64,000 nt of DNA from an uncultured Candidatus Saccharibacteria bacterium (GCA_964606285.1 CAZSFP010000001.1:69376-133375), one strand, 5' to 3'. Counted from the stretch's first letter, positions 8,960 to 19,087 are shown. Notes: generated by a model not told the origin, from the sequence alone. Program-made: numbers and translations.

Positions 8960-9733
8960 ATGACATTTCTCATCAAACAGGAAAAATTTGAAGGACCGTT
9001 CGATCTCCTCCTCTCGCTTGTTGAAGCGCGCAAATTTTTTGTGAACGATATTTCACTTGCGGCTGTCACCGAAGATTATATTCGGTTCGTCTCATCTATG
9101 GATGAGCAGTCCATAGATGATCTCACATCATTCATCAGTGTTGCAGCAACACTTATTCTCATCAAATCAAAATCACTGCTCCCAACTCTTGAACTTTCAA
9201 AAGATGAATCATCTGCTGTCGATGATCTCGAGCGACGGTTGCTTCTCTATGGGCAGATTGAAAAACAAGCGAAACTGTTGGCACCGCTTGTTTCATATCG
9301 AAAACTTTTTTTTCATGCACCAGAAAAAATGCAGCCAGTTTTTTCTCCACATGAAAGTATTACAAAGGAAAGTCTTCTGGGTGCGCTCCAAGATGTATTC
9401 CGTGCAATGCCGGAAGTAGTTGAGAAAAAACCAGAATTGACGTTGAAGAAAATCATGACGATCGAAGAGATGATTGATTCGATCGCTGTTCGTGTACAGA
9501 AAGGATTACAGATTTCATTTCGTGACATGTCCGGCTATAAAAAAGGCGCAGTGACCAAAGAAGAAAAGATCACAGTTATCGTTTCATTTTTGGCATTGCT
9601 CGAACTTGTCCGTCAAGGTCTCGTCTCTGCGGCACAAGGAAATCATTTTGATGACATCACGATCGATCAACCAGAAGAAATCCCTGTTATTCCCCAAGCT
9701 GATACTGAACAAAACGCAGATACTATCGTATAA
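8960..9733 (+). CDS. scpA: segregation and condensation protein A
   Basis: N-terminus FEGPFDLLLSLVEARKFFVNDISLAAVTEDYIRFV is the ScpA signature; followed by scpB. Confidence 0.85.
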   Translation: MTFLIKQEKFEGPFDLLLSLVEARKFFVNDISLAAVTEDYIRFVSSMDEQSIDDLTSFISVAATLILIKSKSLLPTLELSKDESSAVDDLERRLLLYGQIEKQAKLLAPLVSYRKLFFHAPEKMQPVFSPHESITKESLLGALQDVFRAMPEVVEKKPELTLKKIMTIEEMIDSIAVRVQKGLQISFRDMSGYKKGAVTKEEKITVIVSFLALLELVRQGLVSAAQGNHFDDITIDQPEEIPVIPQADTEQNADTIV

Positions 9734-9741
9734 TTACTCCT

Positions 9742-10287
9742 ATGGATCTCTCGCCACTTCTACAACTCGAAGCACTACTCTTTACTGCCGGTGAACCGGT
9801 AGAAGTGTCATTTTTGGTAAAAAAACTTGGCACAAATGTTGCTGCGGTCCAATCCCTTGTCGATGAACTCATGGCAAAATATGAAGGTACGGCGCTGTCT
9901 ATTTTGAAAACTGATACGACAATCAGTCTCGTGACGAGTCCATTGGTCGGGGAATTTCTCGCAGCAGAGAGAAAGGAAACATTGTCGCGTGAATTGACCA
10001 AACCATCACTCGAGACACTTGCCATCGTTCTGTATGGTGACTATGTGACTCGTGCAGACATTGATTATCTTCGTGGTGTCAATTCTCAGTTCATTCTTCG
10101 AAGCCTCCTGATGCGAGGTCTTGTTGATCGTGGTGTTCATCCGTCTGATAGCCGCAAGGTTGTCTATACACCGTCTACTGATTTGCTTTCATTTCTCGGT
10201 TTTACTGATCGAGGATCATTGCCTGACTATGAACGGATGCGTGCTGTCGTGACGGATAAAATTATCAACCAACCAACAGAACAATAA
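9742..10287 (+). CDS. scpB: segregation and condensation protein B
   Basis: 181 aa; LEALLFTAGEPV....L and tandem winged-helix pattern. Confidence 0.85.
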   Translation: MDLSPLLQLEALLFTAGEPVEVSFLVKKLGTNVAAVQSLVDELMAKYEGTALSILKTDTTISLVTSPLVGEFLAAERKETLSRELTKPSLETLAIVLYGDYVTRADIDYLRGVNSQFILRSLLMRGLVDRGVHPSDSRKVVYTPSTDLLSFLGFTDRGSLPDYERMRAVVTDKIINQPTEQ

Positions 10288-10290
10288 CCC

Positions 10291-11343
10291 ATGCTTGATT
10301 TCATTAAAATTTTCTTGCCCACAACACTCGCATTCCTTATCGGTATTGCGATTACACCTCTTGCGACATCATTCATGTATCATTTTAAACTCTGGAAAAA
10401 AAGCGCGCGTGCAGGGGATGATAAACCGGCAATTTTCAACAAGATCCACAATACAGATGAAGAAATTCGTACACCACGTGTTGGAGGTGTCATTATTTGG
10501 GGAAGTATTGTCATTGCTATGGGAATACTTTTTATTATTGCAAAAATTATCCCATCACCTCTTTCATCAAAACTCGAATTCGTTAGTCGCAATCAGACTT
10601 TGATTCCTCTCGCAGCGCTTGTCTTTGGATCGTTGCTTGGTCTCATTGATGATTTATTGCAAGTGTTCAACGTTGGTTCGTATTCACGTGATCATATTCA
10701 GTATCGCCGGGTCAAGGTTGTTGCGGTCATCCTGATCGGACTAGTGCTCGGTTCATGGTTTTATTTCAAACTCGGTATGACCGGTATCACTGTACCATTT
10801 TTCGGCATGATTTCTCTCGGGTATCTTTTTATTCCCTTTTTTATCTTGGTATTACTTGCGACATTTTCAACGAGTGTCATTGATGGTATCGATGGATTGG
10901 CGGGTGGGGTGCTTGCGACAGTATTTGCCGCATACACCGGCATTGCATTTTTTCAAAACCAGATCGATATCGCTGCATTCTCTGGTGTTATCACAGGCGC
11001 AACTCTTGCATTTCTTTGGTTCAATGTCCCACCGGCACGATTTTATATGGGAGAGACGGGTATGCTTGGTTTGACAGTTGTATTGACGGTTATTGCATTT
11101 TTGACCGATAGTGTGTTGGTATTACCGATCATTGCGTTACCGCTCGTCGCGACATCTTTGTCGGTCATTATTCAGATTTCTTATTACAAGGCGACAGGTG
11201 GCAAACGGTTGTTCAAACTCTCACCACTGCATCATCATTTTGAAGCACTTGGTTGGTCGAGACCAAAGATTACAATGCGGTATTGGATCGTGTCGATCAT
11301 GAGTGCCATTATCGGTATTATTATTGCAGTCATTGGTATATGA
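10291..11343 (+). CDS. mraY: phospho-N-acetylmuramoyl-pentapeptide transferase
   Basis: 350 aa polytopic protein; LGLIDD, DGIDGLAGG, NVPPARFYMGETGMLGL and HHHFE motifs. Confidence 0.9.
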   Translation: MLDFIKIFLPTTLAFLIGIAITPLATSFMYHFKLWKKSARAGDDKPAIFNKIHNTDEEIRTPRVGGVIIWGSIVIAMGILFIIAKIIPSPLSSKLEFVSRNQTLIPLAALVFGSLLGLIDDLLQVFNVGSYSRDHIQYRRVKVVAVILIGLVLGSWFYFKLGMTGITVPFFGMISLGYLFIPFFILVLLATFSTSVIDGIDGLAGGVLATVFAAYTGIAFFQNQIDIAAFSGVITGATLAFLWFNVPPARFYMGETGMLGLTVVLTVIAFLTDSVLVLPIIALPLVATSLSVIIQISYYKATGGKRLFKLSPLHHHFEALGWSRPKITMRYWIVSIMSAIIGIIIAVIGI

Positions 11344-12449
11344 AAACCGAGCGAAAACCTATCGATCGATTTTTCTTTTTCACTGTCCTTGGTCTTCTTG
11401 GTGTTGGTATTCTTATTTTTATTTCTGCGTCATTCGGTATTCTTGCAAAAAATGAAACGAAATTTTATGGTGTTCTTTTTAATCAACTTATTTTCGGTGT
11501 TGGTGGTGGATTGATTGCATTGTCGGTTGCGTCAAAAATTCCGTACAAATTTTGGCGGAATTACTCGTTGTATTTGTTTATTGGATCGATTGTCATCACA
11601 CTTCTGGTGTTCGTGCCGGCACTAGGATTTTCTCATGGTGGTGCACGTCGCTGGATATCACTCGGGCCTGTGTCGTTTCAGCCTGTCGAATTTTTGAAAA
11701 TTGGCTTTGTTATATATTTTGCCGCATGGCTTTCATGGGTCAAAAACCGTGTATCTGATATCCGTTTTGGAGTGTTGCCGCTGGTGATACTACTCGGTAT
11801 TATCGCGCTTGTGCTCTTCAAGCAGCCAGATACCAAAAGCTTCATGCTTATGCTTGCGGCGGCGCTCGCCATGCTGTTCGTCTCAGGAATATCATGGAAG
11901 TATATCATCGGACTTCTCGTTGGTGGGGCCGTGGCACTCGGTATATTGGTTGCTGCGAAGCCATATCTCTTTGAACGTGTACAGACATTTCTCAATCCAT
12001 CACATGATACTGCTGGTTCGTCATATCAATTGATTCAATCATTAAATGCGATCGGTTCTGGGGGTGTCTTTGGAAGAGGGTTCGGACAAAGCGTCCAGAA
12101 ATTCAGTTACCTGCCGGAACCGCAAGGTGATTCGATCTTTGCGGTTGTTGGTGAAGAATTTGGTTTTGTCGGTGCGACGGGCCTCATCGTACTCTTTGTT
12201 GTTTTCTGTTTGCGGGGATTGTGGATCGCATCACGAATTCAAGATGCATTTGGTAGACTTTTGGTCGTAGGAATTGTTATACTGTTGGTAGCACAGTCAT
12301 TTTTGAATATTGCGTCGATTATCGGAGTCTTTCCGCTGACGGGTGTACCACTCGTTTTTATCAGTCATGGAGGAACGGCACTTTTGATCGCGCTCTTTGC
12401 TGTCGGTATCGTGCTCAATGTATCGCGGTCATTACCGCAAAAAGAATAA
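11340..12449 (+). CDS. ftsW: SEDS family peptidoglycan glycosyltransferase FtsW
   Basis: SEDS-family membrane protein. Its ATG overlaps the mraY TGA (ATGA). Position between mraY and murG argues for FtsW rather than RodA. Confidence 0.8.
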   Translation: MKTERKPIDRFFFFTVLGLLGVGILIFISASFGILAKNETKFYGVLFNQLIFGVGGGLIALSVASKIPYKFWRNYSLYLFIGSIVITLLVFVPALGFSHGGARRWISLGPVSFQPVEFLKIGFVIYFAAWLSWVKNRVSDIRFGVLPLVILLGIIALVLFKQPDTKSFMLMLAAALAMLFVSGISWKYIIGLLVGGAVALGILVAAKPYLFERVQTFLNPSHDTAGSSYQLIQSLNAIGSGGVFGRGFGQSVQKFSYLPEPQGDSIFAVVGEEFGFVGATGLIVLFVVFCLRGLWIASRIQDAFGRLLVVGIVILLVAQSFLNIASIIGVFPLTGVPLVFISHGGTALLIALFAVGIVLNVSRSLPQKE

Positions 12450-12452
12450 TTT

Positions 12453-13604
12453 ATGAAAATCGGATTTACCGGAGGGGGAACAGGCGGGCATGTGTATCCA
12501 CTCATCGCCGTTGCCGAAAAAGTGAATACTGAAATCGAACGCCAGAAAATTCTTGGTGCAGAGTTGTATTTCTTTTCAGACAAAGAATATGACAAAGGCG
12601 CATTATTTGAAAATAACCTTACCTTTGTTCCTGTGACTGCCGGCAAACTTCGCCTCTATTTTTCTCTGCAAAATATTATTGATGTCATCAAAACACCATT
12701 TGCTATTTTTGATGCTATTTTGAAACTCTACAAAGTGTATCCAGACGTTATTTTCAGTAAAGGCGGATACGTATCATTTCCTGTTCTCTGTGCTGCAAGA
12801 ATACTGGGTATTCCAGTCGTCATTCATGAATCAGATACGTATCCGGGACGAGTTAATGCATGGGCGGGAAAATTTGCCGCACGTATCGGCGTCTCATACA
12901 ACGAAGCTGCCATGTTTTTCCCAAGAGAAAAAACAGCATGGACCGGCCAGCCAGTTCGGGCAGAAATAATGAAACCTGAAACATCAGGACAATATGAATT
13001 TTTCAAACTTGATTCACGCCTCCCGGTCCTCCTTGTTCTCGGTGGTTCTCAGGGTGCAGACAAGATCAATACCGTGCTTCTCGATGCGTTGCCAGATCTC
13101 TTGGCAAAATATCAGGTCATTCATCAAGTCGGGACTAAACTTGTCGATATTTACAAAGAAGAGGTCAATGTTGTTCTTGGTACTGACAATCCATACAAGG
13201 ACCGCTATGTGCCGCTTGGATTTCTCAATGCAGTAACACTCAAAAATGCCGCAGGAGCAGCATCACTTATCATTTCTCGTGCGGGATCATCGCTCTTTGA
13301 AATTGCAAATTGGGGCGTACCGTCGATCATCATTCCGATCACGACATCAAACGGCGATCATCAACGCAAAAATGCGTTTGCATATGCGCGTGCTGGTGGT
13401 TGTGTCGTCATCGAAGAAGCAAATCTCACACCACATGTTCTTGTGTCACAAGTCGAAGATATTTTGAATAATCCTGCAATCTATGAAGGATTAAAGATGG
13501 GCGCTAAAAACTTTGCGCACCCAGACGCCGCTGAAATTATTGCGAAAGAGCTTCTCTCGATCTCTTTGTCACACGAAAAACCAGGTACTCCAAAAACACA
13601 ATAG
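12453..13604 (+). CDS. murG: undecaprenyldiphospho-muramoylpentapeptide beta-N-acetylglucosaminyltransferase
   Basis: 383 aa GT28; N-terminus GGGTGGHVYP, C-terminal donor-binding region. Confidence 0.9.
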   Translation: MKIGFTGGGTGGHVYPLIAVAEKVNTEIERQKILGAELYFFSDKEYDKGALFENNLTFVPVTAGKLRLYFSLQNIIDVIKTPFAIFDAILKLYKVYPDVIFSKGGYVSFPVLCAARILGIPVVIHESDTYPGRVNAWAGKFAARIGVSYNEAAMFFPREKTAWTGQPVRAEIMKPETSGQYEFFKLDSRLPVLLVLGGSQGADKINTVLLDALPDLLAKYQVIHQVGTKLVDIYKEEVNVVLGTDNPYKDRYVPLGFLNAVTLKNAAGAASLIISRAGSSLFEIANWGVPSIIIPITTSNGDHQRKNAFAYARAGGCVVIEEANLTPHVLVSQVEDILNNPAIYEGLKMGAKNFAHPDAAEIIAKELLSISLSHEKPGTPKTQ

Positions 13605-13623
13605 TTTGTGCTAGTATATAGCT

Positions 13624-15087
13624 ATGTCACAAAAAGTAGTCACTCGTTTTGCCCCTAGTCCGACAGGTTTTATGCATATCGGCGGCGTTCGCACTGCATT
13701 GTATGCGTGGCTTTTTGCTCGCAAACACAACGGTACATTTATACTTCGTATCGAAGACACTGATAAAAAACGTGAAGTCGAAGGTTCGATCGATCATATT
13801 ATTGCATCTTTAAAATGGCTCGGTATCTCATGGGACGAGGGTCCTGATATCGGCGGATCACATGCACCGTATTTACAATCACAAAGACTTGATTCATATA
13901 AAAAATACGCACAAATTCTCATCGACAAAGGATTTGCCTATGCTGATCCGTATACAGAAGCAGAGTTAGAGAAATTTCGTGCAGATGCAGAAGCATCGAA
14001 GCAACCGTTTCTTTATCGAAATTATCGACCAGAAAATCCTCCAGTATGGGATGGTTCTCAACCGCTTCGATTCAAAGTAAAAGATATAAAAACATATGAA
14101 TGGAATGATCTTGTCCGTGGTACATTGTCTGCCGGACCAGAAGCACTTGATGATATCATTTTGATAAAAAGTGACGGATATCCAACCTACAATTTTGCCC
14201 ACATCATAGATGATCTAGAAATGGGTGTGACACATATCATGCGTGCAGATGAATTTATCTCTTCAACGCCAAAGTTTCTCTGTATTTATGAAGCGCTCGG
14301 CATACAACGTCCGGAAATAGCGACATTGCCACCAATCATGGGACCAGAAGGAAAAAAGAAATTGAGTAAACGAGATGGAGCCAAAGATATTCTTGATTAT
14401 AAAAACGAAGGTTATCTTCCAGAAGCAATCATGAACTTTTTGATATTTATTGGATGGAATCCTGGTGGAGAACGTGAACTTTATACTGCAGAAGAATTGA
14501 TGCAAGAATTTGATATTTCAAAAATTCATAGCAGTGGTGGAAAATTCAACGAAGACAAACTCAACTGGTTCAACCGTGAATATATCAAAAAGCTCGATCA
14601 GAGTGGGTTTTGGACTAATGGAGAGAAATGGGTGCCGCAATGGGTCTATGACATAGATACAAAATATGAAATGCTTGCAAAAATAGAATTCTTGATCCGT
14701 GATCGTATTGAAAAATTCTCTGACATCAAGACTTTGTTTGAATCAGGTGAATTCGATTATTTCTTCAAAGAACCGGTTATCGATGATATTCAAAATATGA
14801 TTTGGAAATCTCTTCGTGATACTGCGGACGGAAAAGAAAAAACAAAAACGTATCTCACTCAGGCAAAAAATCTCCTTGAAACCATTTCTGAATCTGATTG
14901 GTCAGAAACAAAAGTAAAAGAATTGATCTGGCCACTGACAGAAACATACGGTCGTGGCGAACTGCTTTGGCCGATCCGGTATTCACTTTCTGGTCGTGAT
15001 AAGTCTCCTGATCCATTCGTTCTTGCCGGGATTCTCGGTAAAGATACTACAGTCAAACGTCTCACTACCGCAATATCACTTCTATAA
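13624..15087 (+). CDS. gltX: glutamyl-tRNA synthetase
   Basis: 487 aa; RFAPSPTGFMHIGGVRTALY (HIGH) and KLSKR (KMSKS) motifs. Confidence 0.9.
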   Translation: MSQKVVTRFAPSPTGFMHIGGVRTALYAWLFARKHNGTFILRIEDTDKKREVEGSIDHIIASLKWLGISWDEGPDIGGSHAPYLQSQRLDSYKKYAQILIDKGFAYADPYTEAELEKFRADAEASKQPFLYRNYRPENPPVWDGSQPLRFKVKDIKTYEWNDLVRGTLSAGPEALDDIILIKSDGYPTYNFAHIIDDLEMGVTHIMRADEFISSTPKFLCIYEALGIQRPEIATLPPIMGPEGKKKLSKRDGAKDILDYKNEGYLPEAIMNFLIFIGWNPGGERELYTAEELMQEFDISKIHSSGGKFNEDKLNWFNREYIKKLDQSGFWTNGEKWVPQWVYDIDTKYEMLAKIEFLIRDRIEKFSDIKTLFESGEFDYFFKEPVIDDIQNMIWKSLRDTADGKEKTKTYLTQAKNLLETISESDWSETKVKELIWPLTETYGRGELLWPIRYSLSGRDKSPDPFVLAGILGKDTTVKRLTTAISLL

Positions 15088-15091
15088 AATA

Positions 15092-15127
15092 AAAACACCC
15101 CTTACTCATGATAAGAGGTGTTTTATT
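15092..15127 (+). terminator. rho-independent terminator after gltX
   Basis: ACACCCCTT-ACTCATGAT-AAGAGGTGT hairpin plus TTTTATT. Confidence 0.7.
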
Positions 15128-15185
15128 GTGCTGGATACTTTGAGTCCAATATGTAGGTGTATCCCGTGGACAATATATTGATGGT

Positions 15186-15250
15186 GGGCGGATCCGCTGT
15201 TTGCCTTCCTTGTGAAGGGAACAGTTGAGGATCCGCCCGGAACTTTTTTT
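15186..15250 (+). terminator. long imperfect GC-rich hairpin plus U7; second terminator or 3' end of a small RNA
   Basis: Stem GGGCGGATCC...GGATCCGCCC with nested CUGUU/AACAG and CCUUC/GAAGG helices (about 20 bp) followed by TTTTTTT. Strikingly GC-rich for this genome. Confidence 0.4.
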
Positions 15251-15598
15251 GATATTACATGAATAGATTCTGTGGGGGGTCAGAGAAAACGGAAAAAGAG
15301 TTATATATTCCTCGGGTGGAAAGTATGGATTTATTTTGAAGTCCATATCTATGTGAGGCTTTTTTTGTTCAGATTTTTGTGGTGCTTCTGCAACTACTTC
15401 AAATTCAATATTTTCTGTACAATTACTGGAATTGAGACGGTGACTTAGTGATGAACCAAGCATACCTATTCCTACTACTATGAATCCTTTCATATAAGAT
15501 GATGTTTGGAACAATTTCCAAGTATCCTACTACAGGTGTTTTAAAAAGGCAAGATGTATCCAAATTTTTTATAAAATCTTCTATGGTAGAATAGACGT

Positions 15599-16045
15599 AT
15601 GTCAATACTTAAAATAGGAACTGTTGCACCAGATTTTTCATTACTTGATCACGATGGAAAGGTGACGTCACTATCTCAATTTCATGGATCATATGTCTTA
15701 CTCTATTTTTATCCGAAAGATGACACACCAGGTTGTACCAAAGAAGCATGCATGATTCGTGATGTCTACAATGACTTTCAAAAGAAGGGAATTGTGGTCC
15801 TTGGAGTTTCAAAAGATTCACCGGTATCACATGCGAGGTTCCGTGAGAAATATGAATTGCCGTTCACGTTGCTTTCTGATCCCGACAAAAAAGTTATCAA
15901 AGCATACGGTGCACTTGCGGGTATCTTAACTCGCCGTATTTCATATCTCATCGATCCAAAAGGAATAATCGTCCGTGTCTATCCAAAAGTTGATCCAGCG
16001 AGTCATGCAGGAGAAATTTTGAAAGATATAGAATCTTTGAATTAA
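15599..16045 (+). CDS. bcp: thiol peroxidase (peroxiredoxin, Bcp type)
   Basis: 148 aa; peroxidatic-cysteine motif FYPKDDTPGCT. Confidence 0.85.
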   Translation: MSILKIGTVAPDFSLLDHDGKVTSLSQFHGSYVLLYFYPKDDTPGCTKEACMIRDVYNDFQKKGIVVLGVSKDSPVSHARFREKYELPFTLLSDPDKKVIKAYGALAGILTRRISYLIDPKGIIVRVYPKVDPASHAGEILKDIESLN

Positions 16046-16138
16046 GAGTTGTATCCTAGTTTTTGATTTTGAATTTTTATACTAGTACCTATAACCTTGA
16101 ACCTTTTATCTGTTCTCTAGTTATCCACATCTATTTCC

Positions 16139-16167
16139 TTGCATGTGAACGATCGTTCACATATACT
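16139..16167 (+). promoter_or_regulatory. lexA promoter with an embedded SOS (Cheo) box
   Basis: TTGCAT-17 nt-TATACT. The spacer, GTGAACGATCGTTCACA, contains the perfect palindrome TGTGAACGATCGTTCACA (16144-16161), i.e. GAAC-N4-GTTC. lexA lies directly downstream. Confidence 0.8.
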
Positions 16168-16213
16168 ATATGTAGTCGAAAAGATAATAATTAATCAAAT
16201 AACAAGACTATAT

Positions 16214-16408
16214 ATGACACGAGAACAATATGTGAAAATAATAGAAAAAGAACTTCACCAGATCAACAAGAAGATCGATCTCAAAATTCTTCGCGGTCAG
16301 GAATATTCTAGAGAAGCACGAGACCACAAGCTCCTCTTGAAGAAAATCCGACAAAACACACGACGAAGTCTTTTTGGTAAATTATTCTTCTTTCTCCCAC
16401 AGTTTTAA
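16214..16408 (+). CDS. small basic helical protein (64 aa) upstream of and coupled to lexA
   Basis: ATG 40 nt downstream of the SOS-box promoter; stop is 3 nt before the lexA ATG. The track ORF 16139..16408 begins at a TTG inside the promoter. Coding status is uncertain. Confidence 0.35.
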   Translation: MTREQYVKIIEKELHQINKKIDLKILRGQEYSREARDHKLLLKKIRQNTRRSLFGKLFFFLPQF

Positions 16409-16411
16409 TTT

Positions 16412-16978
16412 ATGGATACTAATTATAAAGAAAAACTTATATCGTTCTACCGATCCAAAAAGCGCATGCCCACATATTCTGAAATGATGGGGCTTTTTGG
16501 TTTCAAATCAAAAAACGCAGTCTTCCGTCTCGTTGAGAAATTCATCGATGCTGGGTTAGTTGCCAAAGATCATTTGGGTAGACTGATTCCGAATGCATCG
16601 CTCGGCAATATCCCACTTCTTGGTTCTGTGACAGCAGGCTTTCCGGCAACCGTTGAAGAAGAAATGAAAGACACCCTCGATCTCAATGATTATCTCCTGA
16701 CCAAAACAGGGACGACGTATATGCTTGAAGTCGATGGGAACTCTATGATTGATGCGCATATTGCTGATGGTGATATGGTGCTTGCTGAACGAACAAATGA
16801 TGCCAAGGATGGAGAGATTGTTATCGCAGAGATCGACGGGGAATTCACGATGAAATATTTGAAGAAAAAAGGGGACGCAGTCTGGCTTGAGCCAGCAAAC
16901 AAAGCATTCAAGCCGATGTACCCGAAACATTCCTTCAGTATCGTTGCCCGTATCAAGGCAGTTATCAGGAAGTATTAA
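16412..16978 (+). CDS. lexA: LexA repressor (S24 peptidase)
   Basis: 188 aa; N-terminal winged HTH; cleavage site and S24 domain (LLGSVTAG.P, VDGNSM, GD.V....T.DAKDGEIV.A, W.K). Confidence 0.9.
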   Translation: MDTNYKEKLISFYRSKKRMPTYSEMMGLFGFKSKNAVFRLVEKFIDAGLVAKDHLGRLIPNASLGNIPLLGSVTAGFPATVEEEMKDTLDLNDYLLTKTGTTYMLEVDGNSMIDAHIADGDMVLAERTNDAKDGEIVIAEIDGEFTMKYLKKKGDAVWLEPANKAFKPMYPKHSFSIVARIKAVIRKY

Positions 16979-16981
16979 ATA

Positions 16982-17554
16982 ATGATTACTATATCTAAAT
17001 ATACAATACCCAATTTTGAAGATATAAGGCATAACTATAATTTTAAAGATCGTATTGATCTTAAATATGCAAGTTATATTGCGTGTTTATATTATGAATT
17101 TGCTTATTATCGAATGTTGGGATTTAGTGATATTCGTAGTAGATTTTTTAAAGAAAATTTACCTGATAATAATCTAATAAATAATTATTTAAATCAATCT
17201 TGGTCCGAAGCTTATTCAGTTTATGCATTATTGCGAACCTCTATTGAAGCAGTAAGAAAAATAAATAAAGGATTACTAAACGAAAATCTTATTAATTCTT
17301 ATTATAAAACTAAGATAAAAAATATTATTAACATTACTAACGACATTATTAAGCATCCAATGTTTAATGATGCTAGTGGTCAATCTCAGGCATATCGTCC
17401 AATAAGTTTGGATATAGGGGGAAATATAGATATAGAAAGATGGATAGATAAAACTACACCTTCTTCGACTTTAAGTATTTCTCCAATGGAAGATTTCGAA
17501 GCAGTAAAAAATTATTTAGAACACATAGCAGAATTATTAAAATCAATAAAATAA
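16982..17554 (+). CDS. hypothetical protein in the lexA operon with anomalously AT-rich composition
   Basis: 190 aa, starts 4 nt after lexA. GC is visibly lower than the flanking genes. No recognisable domain. Confidence 0.5.
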   Translation: MITISKYTIPNFEDIRHNYNFKDRIDLKYASYIACLYYEFAYYRMLGFSDIRSRFFKENLPDNNLINNYLNQSWSEAYSVYALLRTSIEAVRKINKGLLNENLINSYYKTKIKNIINITNDIIKHPMFNDASGQSQAYRPISLDIGGNIDIERWIDKTTPSSTLSISPMEDFEAVKNYLEHIAELLKSIK

Positions 17555-17599
17555 TAAAGAAGATACAATTTGTTAATTTTTCTGCTATGATACGTTTCT

Positions 17600-18169
17600 A
17601 TGCAGATAACCTCAGCAACGTTTGTAAAAGGAATAACTTCAGATGATGCGATACTGACCGACGGGATACCTCAGGTCGCGTTTATTGGCCGTTCCAATGT
17701 CGGCAAATCAAGTATTTTGAATGCACTCACTTGGCAAAAGGATTTGGCGCGCACAAGTTCTTTTCCTGGCAGAACCCAGGAGATCAACTTCTTTTTGATC
17801 AACAAGTCTTTCTATCTCGTAGATCTTCCAGGATACGGTTATGCGCAGATGTCCGGTGGTGGGCGAGATAAAATACGAACTATTATTTATACGTATCTTT
17901 TTCATTCTCTTGCGACTCAGAAAAAAGTGGTTCTGATTATCGATGCACTCGTTGGTCCAACAAAAGAGGATTTGGAAGTCCTCCATGAACTCGAAGAACA
18001 CAAAAAGGATATTGTGGTTATCGCAAACAAGATAGACAAAGTACCAAAAGCGAGCTACATCAATCATATGAAGAAAATCCAGACTCAAATCGGCCGACAC
18101 AAGATGATCGTGTATTCTTCCAAGAAAAAAACAGGTGATACTGATGTTCTCCGAACAATTTTGAAATAA
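17600..18169 (+). CDS. engB: ribosome biogenesis GTP-binding protein YihA/YsxC
   Basis: 189 aa; G1 [10 protein letters not shown]3 DLPGYG, NKIDK motif. Confidence 0.85.
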   Translation: MQITSATFVKGITSDDAILTDGIPQVAFIGRSNVGKSSILNALTWQKDLARTSSFPGRTQEINFFLINKSFYLVDLPGYGYAQMSGGGRDKIRTIIYTYLFHSLATQKKVVLIIDALVGPTKEDLEVLHELEEHKKDIVVIANKIDKVPKASYINHMKKIQTQIGRHKMIVYSSKKKTGDTDVLRTILK

Positions 18170-18264
18170 CCATACAATATATACTTTGTATAGGTAACAA
18201 TTTTCTCTATGTTTCGTTTATACTATATGTACCGCTATACGGTATATTAATTACTATAAAATTT

Positions 18265-18981
18265 ATGAATAAAAAAATATACATGTCTCTTAGTTCTCTG
18301 GCGATTGGTGCAGTATGTGGACTTATGATTGTTGCAGTGCCTGCGCATGCATTGCTGCCAGATATATCTCTCGATACAAGTACCCAAGTCAATACCCAAT
18401 ATGATTCCAATAATGGAAACAATGCAAATGCCAATGCTTCAACTAATGCACGGGTAAACAGTCAAAAAAATAATAAGAATGATAATGACTCACTGATCAT
18501 CAATAGAAGCCGAACCAATATGAATAGCAATGCAAATGCTGCTGTTTCTTTGGAAAATATCAAAGATAGAAACGACCTGTCTTTGTATGTGAATTCTCTT
18601 GTCAAAGCAGATAAGGATTTCAAAGGAATTCGTTCAGACGATAAAGAAGTTATCGTGACGTATAAACAATACGCAGAATTGTTCGGATTTATTCCAGTAC
18701 GTTTTAACGCACATGCACAAATAGAAAATGATGGCATAGTGCATGTTCGATATCCATGGTATCGTTTCTTGCTTTCTGGAGCTAGTAAGAACGCCTTAGA
18801 AGCTCGGTTACAGACCAAAGCTCATGGTATCATCGGTGACTCTACAAATGAATCTACTACACAATTTTCTGCTCAGACACAAGCTCATCTGATCAATGAA
18901 TTTCGTAAAGAAATGAAAGAAAATTATGAAGCTGATATCAAAGTAAACGCAAAAGTAGATAATTCTACTAATACGAGATAA
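18265..18981 (+). CDS. secreted hypothetical protein
   Basis: Signal peptide MNKKIYMSLSSLAIGAVCGLMIVAVPAHA; N/S/A-rich low-complexity region; folded C-terminal domain. Confidence 0.55.
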   Translation: MNKKIYMSLSSLAIGAVCGLMIVAVPAHALLPDISLDTSTQVNTQYDSNNGNNANANASTNARVNSQKNNKNDNDSLIINRSRTNMNSNANAAVSLENIKDRNDLSLYVNSLVKADKDFKGIRSDDKEVIVTYKQYAELFGFIPVRFNAHAQIENDGIVHVRYPWYRFLLSGASKNALEARLQTKAHGIIGDSTNESTTQFSAQTQAHLINEFRKEMKENYEADIKVNAKVDNSTNTR

Positions 18982-18988
18982 TTAAAAT

Positions 18989-19025
18989 AAAAACACTCCA
19001 TATGACATGGTGTGTTTTTATTTTC
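18989..19025 (+). terminator. rho-independent terminator
   Basis: AAAACACTCCATATGACATGGTGTGTTTTTATTTT. Confidence 0.75.
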
Positions 19026-19087
19026 CACAGTACTGTATTTTTCTGATGTGCTACAATAATTCTATTACAATAATCACACACATTTGT

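Noticed and set aside
15065-15514. 149-aa minus-strand ORF in the gltX-bcp gap
   Set aside because: It would be translated through a long GC-rich terminator-like hairpin at 15186-15250 and has low-complexity composition. Kept only as a doubtful note, not as a feature.
16139-16213. Track start (TTG at 16139) for the small ORF upstream of lexA
   Set aside because: It coincides with the -35 hexamer and the ORF would overlap the SOS operator. The first ATG (16214) downstream of the -10 is the only plausible start if the ORF is coding at all.
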